NCBI GenBank assembly: GCA_963709585.1
Contig: CAVPXI010000014.1
Coordinates: 428,897-492,896 of the forward strand
Source: Candidatus Dormiibacterota bacterium
Lineage (GTDB): Bacteria; Chloroflexota; Dormibacteria; Aeolococcales; Aeolococcaceae
DNA: 64,000 nt
Direction of reading: 5' to 3'
The notes beneath the pieces were generated by a model. The model worked only from the letters and a program-made list of their open reading frames with translations. It did not search any database and was not told where the DNA came from. Shown piece by piece: positions 43,449 to 55,437 of this stretch; position 1 is the first letter of the stretch, and each line of letters opens with the position of its first letter. Both the position numbers and the translations under genes were made by a program.

Positions 43449-46034
43449 GTGAACGACAACTGGCATCTGCCTCAAACTTCGCCCCCCGAGCCACGGGCCC
43501 GGGCTCGGGGGGCGGCGAGCCGGGGTGTAGACCGTCGAGGTTTCGCGCGTGGAGCGGTGGCCCGCAGGACCCTCGGATCGGCGGTCCTCGTCATTGGAAT
43601 GCTCTGGCTCGCGGGCATGCTCCCAGCCGGGCAGGCAGCAATTGCCAGTGCGGCGGGCGTGGCTCGGGCACTCGCCAGCTCCGGAGCGACCCGTACATCG
43701 GCCTCGTTCGTCGCGGCACCTCCGCCGCACGTCATGGTCGTCGTGGAAGAGAACCAAGAGTCCACCAGCATCATCGGCAACTCGAACGCGCCGTATATCA
43801 ACAGCCTCGCGACGAAGTATGCGTCGGCGACGCAGTGGTACTCGGTCGAGCACACCAGTCAGCTCGACTATATGGATCTGCTCACCGGCGCCAACCAGAA
43901 TTGTTGCGCGGGCGCTCCGTATTCCGCAACGACGCTGGTCGACGAGTTGCACGCCAAAAGCACTCCCATACCATGGAAGGCATACATGGAGAACATGCCT
44001 TCCAATTGCACCAAGCTCGCGGACACCACCGGCCTCTACCAGAATACTCACAACCCTTTCCGCTATTTCACCAAATACACAACCAACTCAGGCGGATGGT
44101 GCAGCACTACTAACCAGAACACTGAGGGAGTGCTGACGTACCCGGCTGGCGGTGTCGTGTCTGCTCTGACCGGCACCAATGCGCCCGACTTCGTGTGGAT
44201 CACGCCCAACGATTGCAATGACATGCACGGTGACACCACCACCGGTTCCACCTGCACGAGCAGCACCAGCAGTCAGCTCATCACAGCCGGCGATACGTGG
44301 CTGTCAACCAACATCGCCCCGGTCATCAGCTCGACGTGGTTCAAGCAGAACGGCGTCATCATCATCACCTGGGACGAAGGGACGTCCGGTAAGGGATGCT
44401 GCGGCCTGACTTCCCCGGGCGGCCATATCGCGACCATCGTGGTCACGTCCAACAACCAGGGCCTGGGCCAGTTCACGGGAATCGGCGACCACTTCGGCAC
44501 GTTGGCGGCGATCGAGAAGGCGTACGGGGTCGCACTCCTCGGCGGCTCTGCGAGCTCGGTCAACGGTGACCTGACCGGGGCGTTTGGCCAATCGCCGAGC
44601 AACTTCCTCTCGCCGGAGGATGCATCGTTCGAGAGTGGGACGGTGGGAACGTGGGCTCCCTGGAGCAACAGCACGCTGGCCAACTCGACAGCGCACGCAC
44701 TCGACGGAACGCATTCGCTCGCAATGACCTCTGCCGCTGCTGGGTATGCGTACGCCTACTCGCTGGGGCCTTCGTACTACACCATTTCGCCCAGCACGTC
44801 GTACAGCTTCCTTGCCTCGATGTTCTCCGGTACGGCTGCTCGGACAGGTTACCTACAGTTGGAGTGGTACGACGCGACGAAGACCGTCATCTCGGAGTCC
44901 AGGTCCGGAGGGTCTTCGCTCAGCACTTCCGCCTGGACGTCTCTCTCGTACACGACGACGTCCCCCAGCAACGCTGCGTTCGTCCTTCCGATCGTCATTG
45001 CGGGGTCGGCAGCGGGCGCAGGTGAGATCACCTACATTGACGCGCTCAGCCTCGCCCCGGCCGCAGCGACAACCAACCTGCTTTCGCCGGAGGATGCATC
45101 GTTCGAGGGTGGGACGGTGGGAACATGGGCTCCCTGGAGCAACAGCACGCTGGCCAACTCGACAGCGCACGCACTCGACGGAACGCATTCGCTCGCAATG
45201 ACCTCTGCCGCTGCTGGGTATGCGTACGCCTACTCGCTGGGGCCTTCGTACTACACCATTTCGCCCAGCACGTCGTACAGCTTCCTTGCCTCGATGTTCT
45301 CCGGTACGGCTGCTCGGACAGGTTACCTACAGTTGGAGTGGTACGACGCGACGAAGACCGTCATCTCGGAGTCCAGGTCCGGAGGGTCTTCGCTCAGCAC
45401 TTCCGCCTGGACGTCTCTCTCGTACACGACGACGTCCCCCAGCAACGCTGCGTTCGTCCTTCCGATCGTCATTGCGGGGTCGGCAGCGGGCGCAGGTGAG
45501 ATCACCTACATTGACGCGCTCAGCCTCGCCCCGGCCGCAGCGACAACCAACCTGCTTTCGCCGGAGGATGCATCGTTCGAGGGTGGGACGGTGGGAACAT
45601 GGGCTCCCTGGAGCAACAGCACGCTGGCCAACTCGACAGCGCACGCACTCGACGGAACGCATTCGCTCGCAATGACCTCTGCCGCTGCTGGGTATGCGTA
45701 CGCCTACTCGCTGGGGCCTTCGTACTACACCATTTCGCCCAGCACGTCGTACAGCTTCCTTGCCTCGATGTTCTCCGGTACGGCTGCTCGGACAGGTTAC
45801 CTACAGTTGGAGTGGTACGACGCGACGAAGACCGTCATCTCGGAGTCCAGGTCCGGAGGGTCTTCGCTCAGCACTTCCGCCTGGACGTCTCTCTCGTACA
45901 CGACGACGTCCCCCAGCAACGCTGCGTTCGTCCTTCCGATCGTCATTGCGGGGTCGGCAGCGGGCGCAGGTGAAGTCACCTACATCGACGAGACCAGCCT
46001 TGCCCCAGGCACCAGCACAGTCTGGACTCCCTAA
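43449..46034 (+). CDS. Secreted phosphoesterase (acid phosphatase/SapM-like) with three tandem CBM4/9-like domains
   Basis: HVMVVVEEN, WKAYME, HNPF, PNDCNDMH and IITWDEG motifs; DRRGF Tat-like motif; 158-aa repeats beginning N.LSPEDASFE. Confidence 0.85.
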   Translation: MNDNWHLPQTSPPEPRARARGAASRGVDRRGFARGAVARRTLGSAVLVIGMLWLAGMLPAGQAAIASAAGVARALASSGATRTSASFVAAPPPHVMVVVEENQESTSIIGNSNAPYINSLATKYASATQWYSVEHTSQLDYMDLLTGANQNCCAGAPYSATTLVDELHAKSTPIPWKAYMENMPSNCTKLADTTGLYQNTHNPFRYFTKYTTNSGGWCSTTNQNTEGVLTYPAGGVVSALTGTNAPDFVWITPNDCNDMHGDTTTGSTCTSSTSSQLITAGDTWLSTNIAPVISSTWFKQNGVIIITWDEGTSGKGCCGLTSPGGHIATIVVTSNNQGLGQFTGIGDHFGTLAAIEKAYGVALLGGSASSVNGDLTGAFGQSPSNFLSPEDASFESGTVGTWAPWSNSTLANSTAHALDGTHSLAMTSAAAGYAYAYSLGPSYYTISPSTSYSFLASMFSGTAARTGYLQLEWYDATKTVISESRSGGSSLSTSAWTSLSYTTTSPSNAAFVLPIVIAGSAAGAGEITYIDALSLAPAAATTNLLSPEDASFEGGTVGTWAPWSNSTLANSTAHALDGTHSLAMTSAAAGYAYAYSLGPSYYTISPSTSYSFLASMFSGTAARTGYLQLEWYDATKTVISESRSGGSSLSTSAWTSLSYTTTSPSNAAFVLPIVIAGSAAGAGEITYIDALSLAPAAATTNLLSPEDASFEGGTVGTWAPWSNSTLANSTAHALDGTHSLAMTSAAAGYAYAYSLGPSYYTISPSTSYSFLASMFSGTAARTGYLQLEWYDATKTVISESRSGGSSLSTSAWTSLSYTTTSPSNAAFVLPIVIAGSAAGAGEVTYIDETSLAPGTSTVWTP
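44601..46007 (+). repeat. 474-bp tandem repeat x3 (units start at 44601, 45075, 45549)
   Basis: Nucleotide-identical by eye except at the outer ends; identical shadow ORFs recur every 474 bp. Confidence 0.97.
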
Positions 46035-46071
46035 CCCGGACGTCAGTCCCAACATAGGAACTTGAGTCGGC

Positions 46072-46914
46072 TTGATCACGTCGATCGGGGTGGTCGTCAT
46101 CACCCTCAACGCTGAGAGAACTGTTGAGCAATGCCTTCGTTCTCTTCGTTCGCAGACCATTGTGTCGACTATTGTTGTCGTTGACTATTTTTCGACTGAC
46201 GGAACCCACGATATCGCTCGTCGGATAGCAGATGTTGTGCTGATAGGCCCCACTGGGCTAACAACACCGCCGCCCTTTTTTTCCGCGCAACGCAACTTCG
46301 GTGCCGCGCATCTAGATACCGAGCTCGTTGCTTTCATCGATGCCGACATGGTGCTGGAGCCGACAGTGCTCGAGGAAGCCGTGATGGAGATAGAGCGGGG
46401 ATGTGGGGGCGTCACAATTCCGGAGCGCACCGTGGGTGAGGGATTTTGGACCTCGATCCGCGCCTTCGAGCGCAGCTTCTACCTGCACAGCAACGTCGAG
46501 TGCGCGAGAGTGTTCACCCGCGATATCTTCAATCGCGTCGGGGGCTTCGACGAAGGTCTGCCAACGAAAGAGGACGTCGACTTGCACATGCGAGTTGCGG
46601 CAGTATCGGCCATGGGCCGTACAACTTCGTTCATAAACCACGATGAGGGCCGAACCAGTTTCCGAAGTCTTATCAAAAAGAAAGCGGTTTATGCGGCTGG
46701 AATGGAGGCGTTTATCACGAAGTATCGCGGTGCGGCGGTGTCGCACACGCTTGATCGCCCCTACTTTCGGAGGCCGTGGCTACTCATCTATCCAAGTCCG
46801 TGGAAAGGGGCATGTCTTATCGCCCTCAAGGGCGGCGAGGGCATGGGCGTCGCCCTCAAGGTCTTTCAAGATCGATATAGGCGGAGGAGCGCGCGCTGGC
46901 GGGATAGCGCCTAG
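46072..46914 (+). CDS. GT2 glycosyltransferase
   Basis: VVDYFSTDGT, RNFG, FIDAD and GGFDE...ED motifs. Confidence 0.92.
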   Translation: MITSIGVVVITLNAERTVEQCLRSLRSQTIVSTIVVVDYFSTDGTHDIARRIADVVLIGPTGLTTPPPFFSAQRNFGAAHLDTELVAFIDADMVLEPTVLEEAVMEIERGCGGVTIPERTVGEGFWTSIRAFERSFYLHSNVECARVFTRDIFNRVGGFDEGLPTKEDVDLHMRVAAVSAMGRTTSFINHDEGRTSFRSLIKKKAVYAAGMEAFITKYRGAAVSHTLDRPYFRRPWLLIYPSPWKGACLIALKGGEGMGVALKVFQDRYRRRSARWRDSA

Positions 46915-47112
46915 GTTGCGGCGATTCCAAGTTGAGGCGACAGTCGTGCTCATCTCGGGCGCATTTTCGCGCACCGTACACTGGCCGACCCGGCATAGCG
47001 CTGAAGTTGGGACTGCGAGTGTGGCGCGCTCGAAGTTGTGGTAGGCGAGATAGTCTTGGATATCGCGCGAGGCGTGCTTTTGGGAGACACGGAGCGCGCG
47101 AAGCGGCGTTCG

Positions 47113-48186
47113 CTAGAATTCTTCGCCCGCCACCACCTCCTCCGCCCGTGGCATCTCGAATCGGAAAAGCGACGCCCCGGTCAGGTGGTACCGGCGGCGG
47201 GCAAACAGGTAGCAGACCCAGCCGATGACGGTGTTGAGGCCCTTGTCGGCCAGGCGCTGCATCACGCTGATCGCGGTTGCGAGGTCGAAGCTCACGCCGA
47301 GCAGGACCAGCAGCCCCGCGGTGCTCGCCTCGACCGCGCCGAGTCCGCCCGGCGAGAAGCTCAACCACGCAGCCCCCTGGGTCACCGCGTAGACGAAGCC
47401 GGCGCTCGTCCAGCTCAACTTGCCGGGGTCGACCGCCTCAGCGACGGCCCAGAGCAGGGTCACCGCCATCGCCGCCTGTGCGGCGCTGAGCGGCAGGTAT
47501 CGATACGTGTCCACATGCCGGAAGAGCGCGCGTGTGTCGCGCTGCAGAACGTCGACCGCAGGGCGGATGCGCTTGAGCACCGGCACCCGTCCGATGATGC
47601 GACGCACCCGCGCGTACAACCTTTCGACGGTCAGCATCGCGACGATCGCGACCACGAACAGCATCGGCACCACCACCGCGATCGCGATGAGGTGGAGACC
47701 GAGCGCCTTGGGCAGTGCGAGCGCGAAGAGCATGAACACGAACAGCAATTCCTGCACGGTTTCGCTGGCGACCACGGCGCCGAGGTGCACGCCTGCCGCC
47801 TTCGACACGAGCAGCGCGCGGGTCAGCTCACCGAGCGGGAGGAGCGCCGTCGCCTGCCCGGTCTCGGTGAGAAACACCGTGTCCCGCAATGGAAATTTGA
47901 TGCCGAGCGCACGGTTCAGCGTCCACCACCGCACCCCCTGGACGGCATAGAAGCCGACCGCGAGCACGACGACGAGCGGTATGTAGATGAGGTTGAACCG
48001 CTGGAAGGCGATGCCGATCTTGTGCGGATCCGCATATACCAGCAGCGCCGCGATGGCTCCGAGCGCGAACAGCAGCGGGATGTATGCCACCCAGCGGCGT
48101 CGTGAACGAGGCGCCACATCGGACTCGTCGTGATCAAGCTCGTCCCGCGAGCGCTGCTCGTCGGGACGGGCAGCCTCCGTCACCAC
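47113..48186 (-). CDS. Lysylphosphatidylglycerol synthase TM/flippase-like protein (UPF0104)
   Basis: RWW.L, GELTR and SPGGLGAVE motifs; about 8 TM. Confidence 0.85.
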   Translation of the reverse strand: MVTEAARPDEQRSRDELDHDESDVAPRSRRRWVAYIPLLFALGAIAALLVYADPHKIGIAFQRFNLIYIPLVVVLAVGFYAVQGVRWWTLNRALGIKFPLRDTVFLTETGQATALLPLGELTRALLVSKAAGVHLGAVVASETVQELLFVFMLFALALPKALGLHLIAIAVVVPMLFVVAIVAMLTVERLYARVRRIIGRVPVLKRIRPAVDVLQRDTRALFRHVDTYRYLPLSAAQAAMAVTLLWAVAEAVDPGKLSWTSAGFVYAVTQGAAWLSFSPGGLGAVEASTAGLLVLLGVSFDLATAISVMQRLADKGLNTVIGWVCYLFARRRYHLTGASLFRFEMPRAEEVVAGEEF

Positions 48187-48237
48187 GCGTCGATGGTATG
48201 CCCAGACCCGCCGCGAAGCGCGCCGGGCGGCTATCCG

Positions 48238-49104
48238 TCAGTCCGGGGGCGTGCCTCCCGGCCATGGGAGTGCGGCAAAGCCGATCGTCCCCGGGCCAGT
48301 GTGCGCGCCGAAGATCGGGCTCAACGGCAGGCTCTCGCAGCGAACCACGTGGATCGCCTCACTCAGGTGTACCGCGAGGTCGGCGGCTTCGTCGGCTGCG
48401 TCAGCGTGGAAGACCATCAGCCACTGGGGCCCGGGACCGAGCTCGTCGACGGCCACGCGCACCAGTTGACGGATCGCGCCGCCGGCGGTGCGCGTGAGGC
48501 CTACCCTGCCGGTGCTGCCTCCCTCGACGAGGCGGAAGACTGGGCGGACCCGCAGCGTGTTGGAGATCCCGGCGAGGAGCGCCGGGACTCGCCCCGTCCT
48601 GGCGACGTACGTCAGCGTCGCCAGGGCGCCGTACACGCGGACCTGGTCGCAGGCGGTGCGGATCGCCGTCGCCCAGGCGCCGGCGTCCTCGGTCGTCTCG
48701 GCGAGGTTGGCGGCCCACCGCGCGATCAACGAGAACCCAGCCACCGCTGTCCCGGTGTCGATGACCGTGACCCGGCGCCGCCCCTCCTCCGCCTCGAGCA
48801 TGCCGGCGGCGAGGTTAGCGGTCGAGTGCATCGCACTCCAGCGCTCCGGGATGGTGAGGCACAGGATCGAGTCGGCGTCACTCCGCCGGAACACGTCCAG
48901 GTACGCCCCCGGCGACGGCGTCGACGTCGCGCTCACCCCCCCGCCGCGGAGCGCGGCGTAGAACGCCGCGTACGCAGCGGTATTCCCGTCATCGACGAAC
49001 TCCCGGCCCCCGACGGTGATCCGCTGGGGCACGACCGCAATACCCCGCTCCAGGTCCTCCTGGAGCGCGGCACCGCCATCCACGACGAGCGCTCTATCCC
49101 TCAC
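48238..49104 (-). CDS. DegV/FakB fatty-acid-binding protein
   Basis: TSTPSPG, VIDT, L.YVARTGR and GAHTGPG motifs. Confidence 0.88.
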   Translation of the reverse strand: MRDRALVVDGGAALQEDLERGIAVVPQRITVGGREFVDDGNTAAYAAFYAALRGGGVSATSTPSPGAYLDVFRRSDADSILCLTIPERWSAMHSTANLAAGMLEAEEGRRRVTVIDTGTAVAGFSLIARWAANLAETTEDAGAWATAIRTACDQVRVYGALATLTYVARTGRVPALLAGISNTLRVRPVFRLVEGGSTGRVGLTRTAGGAIRQLVRVAVDELGPGPQWLMVFHADAADEAADLAVHLSEAIHVVRCESLPLSPIFGAHTGPGTIGFAALPWPGGTPPD

Positions 49105-49129
49105 CGCCGCCTACCGTACACAAGCGCCC

Positions 49130-49834
49130 ATGATTGTCGGCGTCATGATCTCCCCGTGGGTTGTCGCGGGCTGGTGCCTCGGTGCCTACCTCATCGGCGG
49201 CCTGCCGGTCGGCTGGCTGCTGGTGCGCCGCAAGCGCTATGGGCTCGACCTGCGCCATTTTGGCAGCGGCAACATCGGCACGAGCAACGCGTACCGGCAT
49301 GCCGGCGTCGACATCGCGGTGATCGTCGGCCCGCTCCAGTTCGCCCAGGGATTCCTGCCGGTGCTGGCGGCGCGCCTCGCGGGGCTGCCGCTCACCGCGG
49401 CGATGCTCATCGGAGTCTGCACGGTGGCCGGCAACGGCTGGCCGGTGTACATGCGCTTCAACGGCGGGCGCGGGGTCGCTGTGGCCACTGGTGCCATTGC
49501 GGCGCTCTCGGTCGCCGGGCTGATTGCGCTCCTGATGTGTTTCGCCTGGGGGGCCATTCGCGGCCGGATCGCCATCGCGGTGATGGTGGGGTTCGTCCTG
49601 CTCCCCGTGGTCGCGCTGGTCTTTGGTGGTTCCGACGGATGGATCCTCGGCGGCGGCTGCCTAGCGATTCTGGTGCTGCTCCTGCTCCGCCGCCTCGAGG
49701 GGCTTCCCCGCGACGCGCGCACCTACGGGCATTTCTGGCGGCGCGTGTACCAGCGTCTCGTCTTCGATGAGCGCCCGGGCCGGCCGCTCATGGGTCCGCG
49801 CACGGATCCCGGCGCGAACACGCTGCGCCACTGA
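49130..49834 (+). CDS. plsY: PlsY-family glycerol-3-phosphate acyltransferase (divergent)
   Basis: GSGNIGTSNAYR; F.GGRGVA. Confidence 0.8.
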   Translation: MIVGVMISPWVVAGWCLGAYLIGGLPVGWLLVRRKRYGLDLRHFGSGNIGTSNAYRHAGVDIAVIVGPLQFAQGFLPVLAARLAGLPLTAAMLIGVCTVAGNGWPVYMRFNGGRGVAVATGAIAALSVAGLIALLMCFAWGAIRGRIAIAVMVGFVLLPVVALVFGGSDGWILGGGCLAILVLLLLRRLEGLPRDARTYGHFWRRVYQRLVFDERPGRPLMGPRTDPGANTLRH

Positions 49835-49849
49835 GCGGGCGCGTCGCGG

Positions 49850-50722
49850 TCAAGGCTCGTAGATCTCGCCAAAGGGGTACCACCACTCCGGGCTGCGCCG
49901 GATCGCCGCCTCCAGCCCCGTCGCGATGCGTTGCGTGACCTCGGCGTCAGTATCCGCGGGCCCGATGACCACCGGCGGGTGGACGACCAGGCGGTAGAGC
50001 CCGCGATATCGCCAGCAGTCGACGGGCAGGACCGGCACCTTTGCCACCCGCGCGAGCCATGCGGCGGCGGTGCTGAAGCCAACCCTGCCACCGCAGAAGT
50101 CGACCACAACGGTCTCGCCTCGGTCGGGGATGTCGCTGAGGATGGCGGCGAACCTGCCCCGACGCACCGCCCGGATGAGCCTGCGCGCCGCGTTCGACGA
50201 CACCAGCACCTCGAGATCCTGGCGCCGCCTCGCCCACGCGGCGATCCGGGTGACCAGGTCATTGCCGACGGGCGCCATCACGGCGGTCACGCGCAGGCCG
50301 GACGCGAGCCCGCACCCCGCGGCGACGTCCCAGCTCCCGAAGTGGGCGAGCGCGAACACTCCCCCGCCGTGCTCCTCGATCGCCGCGTGGGCGTTCTCCA
50401 GCCCGTAGGCGCGGAAATGGCGGTGCATCGCGTGCGCCGGGACCCCGTACTGCCAGACGAAGTCGACCGACGTTCGCGCGTAGTTTCGGAAGGACGCGAG
50501 GGCGCGCCGGCGCGCGGCTCGGGCATCGAGGCCGGGATCGAGGCGCCGGTGGTTCGCGGCGCAGCGGCGCCGGCTCGCGGGCGAGCCCGCGTACACGCAG
50601 GTGCCGATGACATCGCCGAGTGCGTACCGGCCGGGGCCGAGCAGCCGGAGGCCCAGGCTCGCCGTCCACATGCAGGCGCGAAGGGCTCTCGAGGGGGGCT
50701 CGAGCAGCGTGTCCGGCGTCAA
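49850..50722 (-). CDS. HtrB/PatA-like lipid acyltransferase
   Basis: HFGSWD motif; C-terminal IRRSPEWW. Confidence 0.85.
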   Translation of the reverse strand: MTPDTLLEPPSRALRACMWTASLGLRLLGPGRYALGDVIGTCVYAGSPASRRRCAANHRRLDPGLDARAARRRALASFRNYARTSVDFVWQYGVPAHAMHRHFRAYGLENAHAAIEEHGGGVFALAHFGSWDVAAGCGLASGLRVTAVMAPVGNDLVTRIAAWARRRQDLEVLVSSNAARRLIRAVRRGRFAAILSDIPDRGETVVVDFCGGRVGFSTAAAWLARVAKVPVLPVDCWRYRGLYRLVVHPPVVIGPADTDAEVTQRIATGLEAAIRRSPEWWYPFGEIYEP

Positions 50723-51726
50723 AGCACCTTGCGTGCCTGGTCCGGCTGGAGCGCGACGTGGTGCTTGGCGATGATCTCGCGCACCGTTCCGCTCTGGGCG
50801 CGCATCACCAGGCTGTGGGTCTCAGCCCACCAGTTGTGGTAGCGAACGCCGCGAAGCAGGCCCCCACCGCTGATGCCGGTCACCGCCACGCTCACCTCGC
50901 GTCCGGGGACGAGTTGCTCCATGCTCAGCAGCGCCTCCGGGTCGTAGCCCGCCTCGCGCATCGCCGCGGCCTCGTCCTCGTGGCGCACCCACGGGCGGCA
51001 CTGCAGCTCGCCGCCGAGGCAGCGCATCGCACAGGCGGCGACAATCGCCTCGCGCGTCCCACCCGACCCGATCATCACGTCGATTCCGGAGCCGGGCCAG
51101 GCTGCCATCATGGCCAGACCCACGTCGCCGTCGCTGACGATGGCGACGCGCACGCCCAGCGCACGCAGCCGCTCGAGGAGCGCCTGGTGGCGCGGCCGGT
51201 CGAGGAGGACGACGGTGAGGTCCTGCACCTGCACGTTCATTGCGAAGGCGACGCGGCGGAGGTTGTTCTCCGGGGTGTCACTGATGTCGACCGCGCCCCG
51301 CGCCTGCGGGCCGACCGCGATCTTGTGCATGTAGGCGACCGGCGGTGGCAGCAGGATGCCGCCAGTCTCAGCGACCGCGGCCACGCTGAGCGCCTGGCTC
51401 AGGCCTCCGGCGACCAGGCTGATGCCGTCGACCGGGAGCACCGCGAGGTCAACTCGGTCGCGACCGGCACCGATCGTCCTGCCGGCGAGCAGGCGGCTGC
51501 TGGAGCCCTCCGGGCCGATGACGATGCGGCCCTCGAAAGGCATCCCGGCCAGCGCCTCCTCCATCACCATGTGGCCGGCGTCGCGGGTGCCGGCCTTGTC
51601 ACCGCGCCCGAGCCAGCGGCCCACCGAGAGGGCCGCCGCCTCGGTGGCTCGCAGGAGCTCGAGGCCGCGGTTGCGACCGCGTATCAACCTCGCCTCGGCC
51701 GGGGCGCCGCTTGCCGCCATGCTCAT
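50719..51726 (-). CDS. glpX: GlpX-like class II fructose-1,6-bisphosphatase homologue with a degenerate active site
   Basis: RATEAAA, GRGDK, YMHK, DRPRH and SDGDV retained; catalytic motifs altered. Confidence 0.85.
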   Translation of the reverse strand: MSMAASGAPAEARLIRGRNRGLELLRATEAAALSVGRWLGRGDKAGTRDAGHMVMEEALAGMPFEGRIVIGPEGSSSRLLAGRTIGAGRDRVDLAVLPVDGISLVAGGLSQALSVAAVAETGGILLPPPVAYMHKIAVGPQARGAVDISDTPENNLRRVAFAMNVQVQDLTVVLLDRPRHQALLERLRALGVRVAIVSDGDVGLAMMAAWPGSGIDVMIGSGGTREAIVAACAMRCLGGELQCRPWVRHEDEAAAMREAGYDPEALLSMEQLVPGREVSVAVTGISGGGLLRGVRYHNWWAETHSLVMRAQSGTVREIIAKHHVALQPDQARKVL

Positions 51727-51747
51727 GGCTTGCAGCGTACCCGGCGG

Positions 51748-52938
51748 CTACATGATCCCGATGATTCCGACGTTCGAGCCGTTGGGGGTCAGGCGGGTGA
51801 CCGACATCGTGTTGGGGTTCACACCCACCAGCCACGAATTCGCGCCGGACGCGGACGTGACCGAGCCGAAGATGACCCCGCCCGACCAGGCGGAGGGGAC
51901 GAAGTCGCCCATCGCGCGGCTCACCGTGGTGCCGGTCGCGATGTTCATGAGCCGGAGGGTCGCCGTGATCGGCCCGCCGGCGCCCTGGCACTGATCCTCA
52001 GTTACCGGGATGGTGATGTAGGCGAGCCGGCTGGCGTCATCGGAGAACAGTGCGTCGCCGGCGAAGTTCTTGCCGGAGAGGGCGTAATTGTGGATGACGG
52101 TGCCGCCGGACGAGAAGCGGATCGCGTCCGTCTCGTAGGGGCCGTCGAAGCACACCGCCTCGAGGTTGGGGCCGATGTCGCTGAGCGGGCACGAGGTGCT
52201 GGCGGTCACCGTGGTCTCGCCGAGCGAGACGGGATCGATGACGGCCGAGTACGCCGACTGCATCTGCATGTCGAAGCTGCCGCAGCCACAGCCGCCCGTC
52301 GGCACGCGAGCGAAGGCGATGCCGGCAGCCGTCCAGTTGACCAGGTAGTAGTCCCAGCCGGACTGACCGGACCACGGATCGGCGGCGGTCGCGACACGGT
52401 CGCCGATCACCTTGGCGGGGGCACCCGGGTGCACCACGACGATCTTGTTCCGGATCGAGTAGTTGCCCGGGTCGGGGTTCAACGTGTCGGAGGTTGCGTA
52501 CGCGTAGGAGCTGCCGTCCGGTCCGATGAGGACGCTGCTCGCATCACTGGGAACGAGCCCGAGCTTGCGGACGGTACCCGAGACGCTGAGCTCGTACTCC
52601 GCGCCGTTGGCGGTCCAGTAGGCGCCACCGGCGCCGGCCGCGGTCATCCAGGTCTGAGTCGGGTTGATCTTGGTCCTGGCGACCACGGCGCCCGACGGGG
52701 TCATGATCTCCAGCCACTCGCTGGTGCTGCCGGTTCCGACCGTCGCGACAAGGTAGGTCGGTGTGGGCGCGATCATCCTCAGCGGGCGGGTCAGGTGCTC
52801 CGGCGCAATCGCGGGTGCGGACGCGGGGAGTGATATGGAAACGGTGGTTGTCTTGGGAGCGTGTGCGGTCGCCAGTCCGCATCCAGAGAGGACAAGCACT
52901 GCGGCCGGAATGCCAAGTGCGGCGCGGGTCGGGATCAT
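51748..52938 (-). CDS. Lipoprotein, probable beta-propeller
   Basis: Lipobox LSGC; GPDGSSYAY and FSDDASRLAY blades; several Cys; GGAGG RBS. Confidence 0.75.
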   Translation of the reverse strand: MIPTRAALGIPAAVLVLSGCGLATAHAPKTTTVSISLPASAPAIAPEHLTRPLRMIAPTPTYLVATVGTGSTSEWLEIMTPSGAVVARTKINPTQTWMTAAGAGGAYWTANGAEYELSVSGTVRKLGLVPSDASSVLIGPDGSSYAYATSDTLNPDPGNYSIRNKIVVVHPGAPAKVIGDRVATAADPWSGQSGWDYYLVNWTAAGIAFARVPTGGCGCGSFDMQMQSAYSAVIDPVSLGETTVTASTSCPLSDIGPNLEAVCFDGPYETDAIRFSSGGTVIHNYALSGKNFAGDALFSDDASRLAYITIPVTEDQCQGAGGPITATLRLMNIATGTTVSRAMGDFVPSAWSGGVIFGSVTSASGANSWLVGVNPNTMSVTRLTPNGSNVGIIGIM

Positions 52939-52975
52939 CGAATGTGCCTCCGTCAACCTTATTGAGTGACGGTGC

Positions 52976-53000
52976 AACGGACCCCCGCACGGGCGGTTTC
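52976..53000 (-). promoter_or_regulatory. Putative ECF promoter GAAAC-N16-CGTT
   Basis: Bipartite motif 37 nt upstream of the lipoprotein ATG. Confidence 0.5.
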
Positions 53001-53038
53001 GCGTAACTAACTTTCCCGGACGCGCGTTGCGGGCCGGC

Positions 53039-55409
<2,371 letters not shown>

Positions 55410-55437
55410 CAGAGTCCAGTGTGCCGTCTCGGGCGCA

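Noticed and set aside
44601-46007. CRISPR array or non-coding repeat
   Set aside because: Units are 474 bp, in frame, have no spacers, and no cas genes are present
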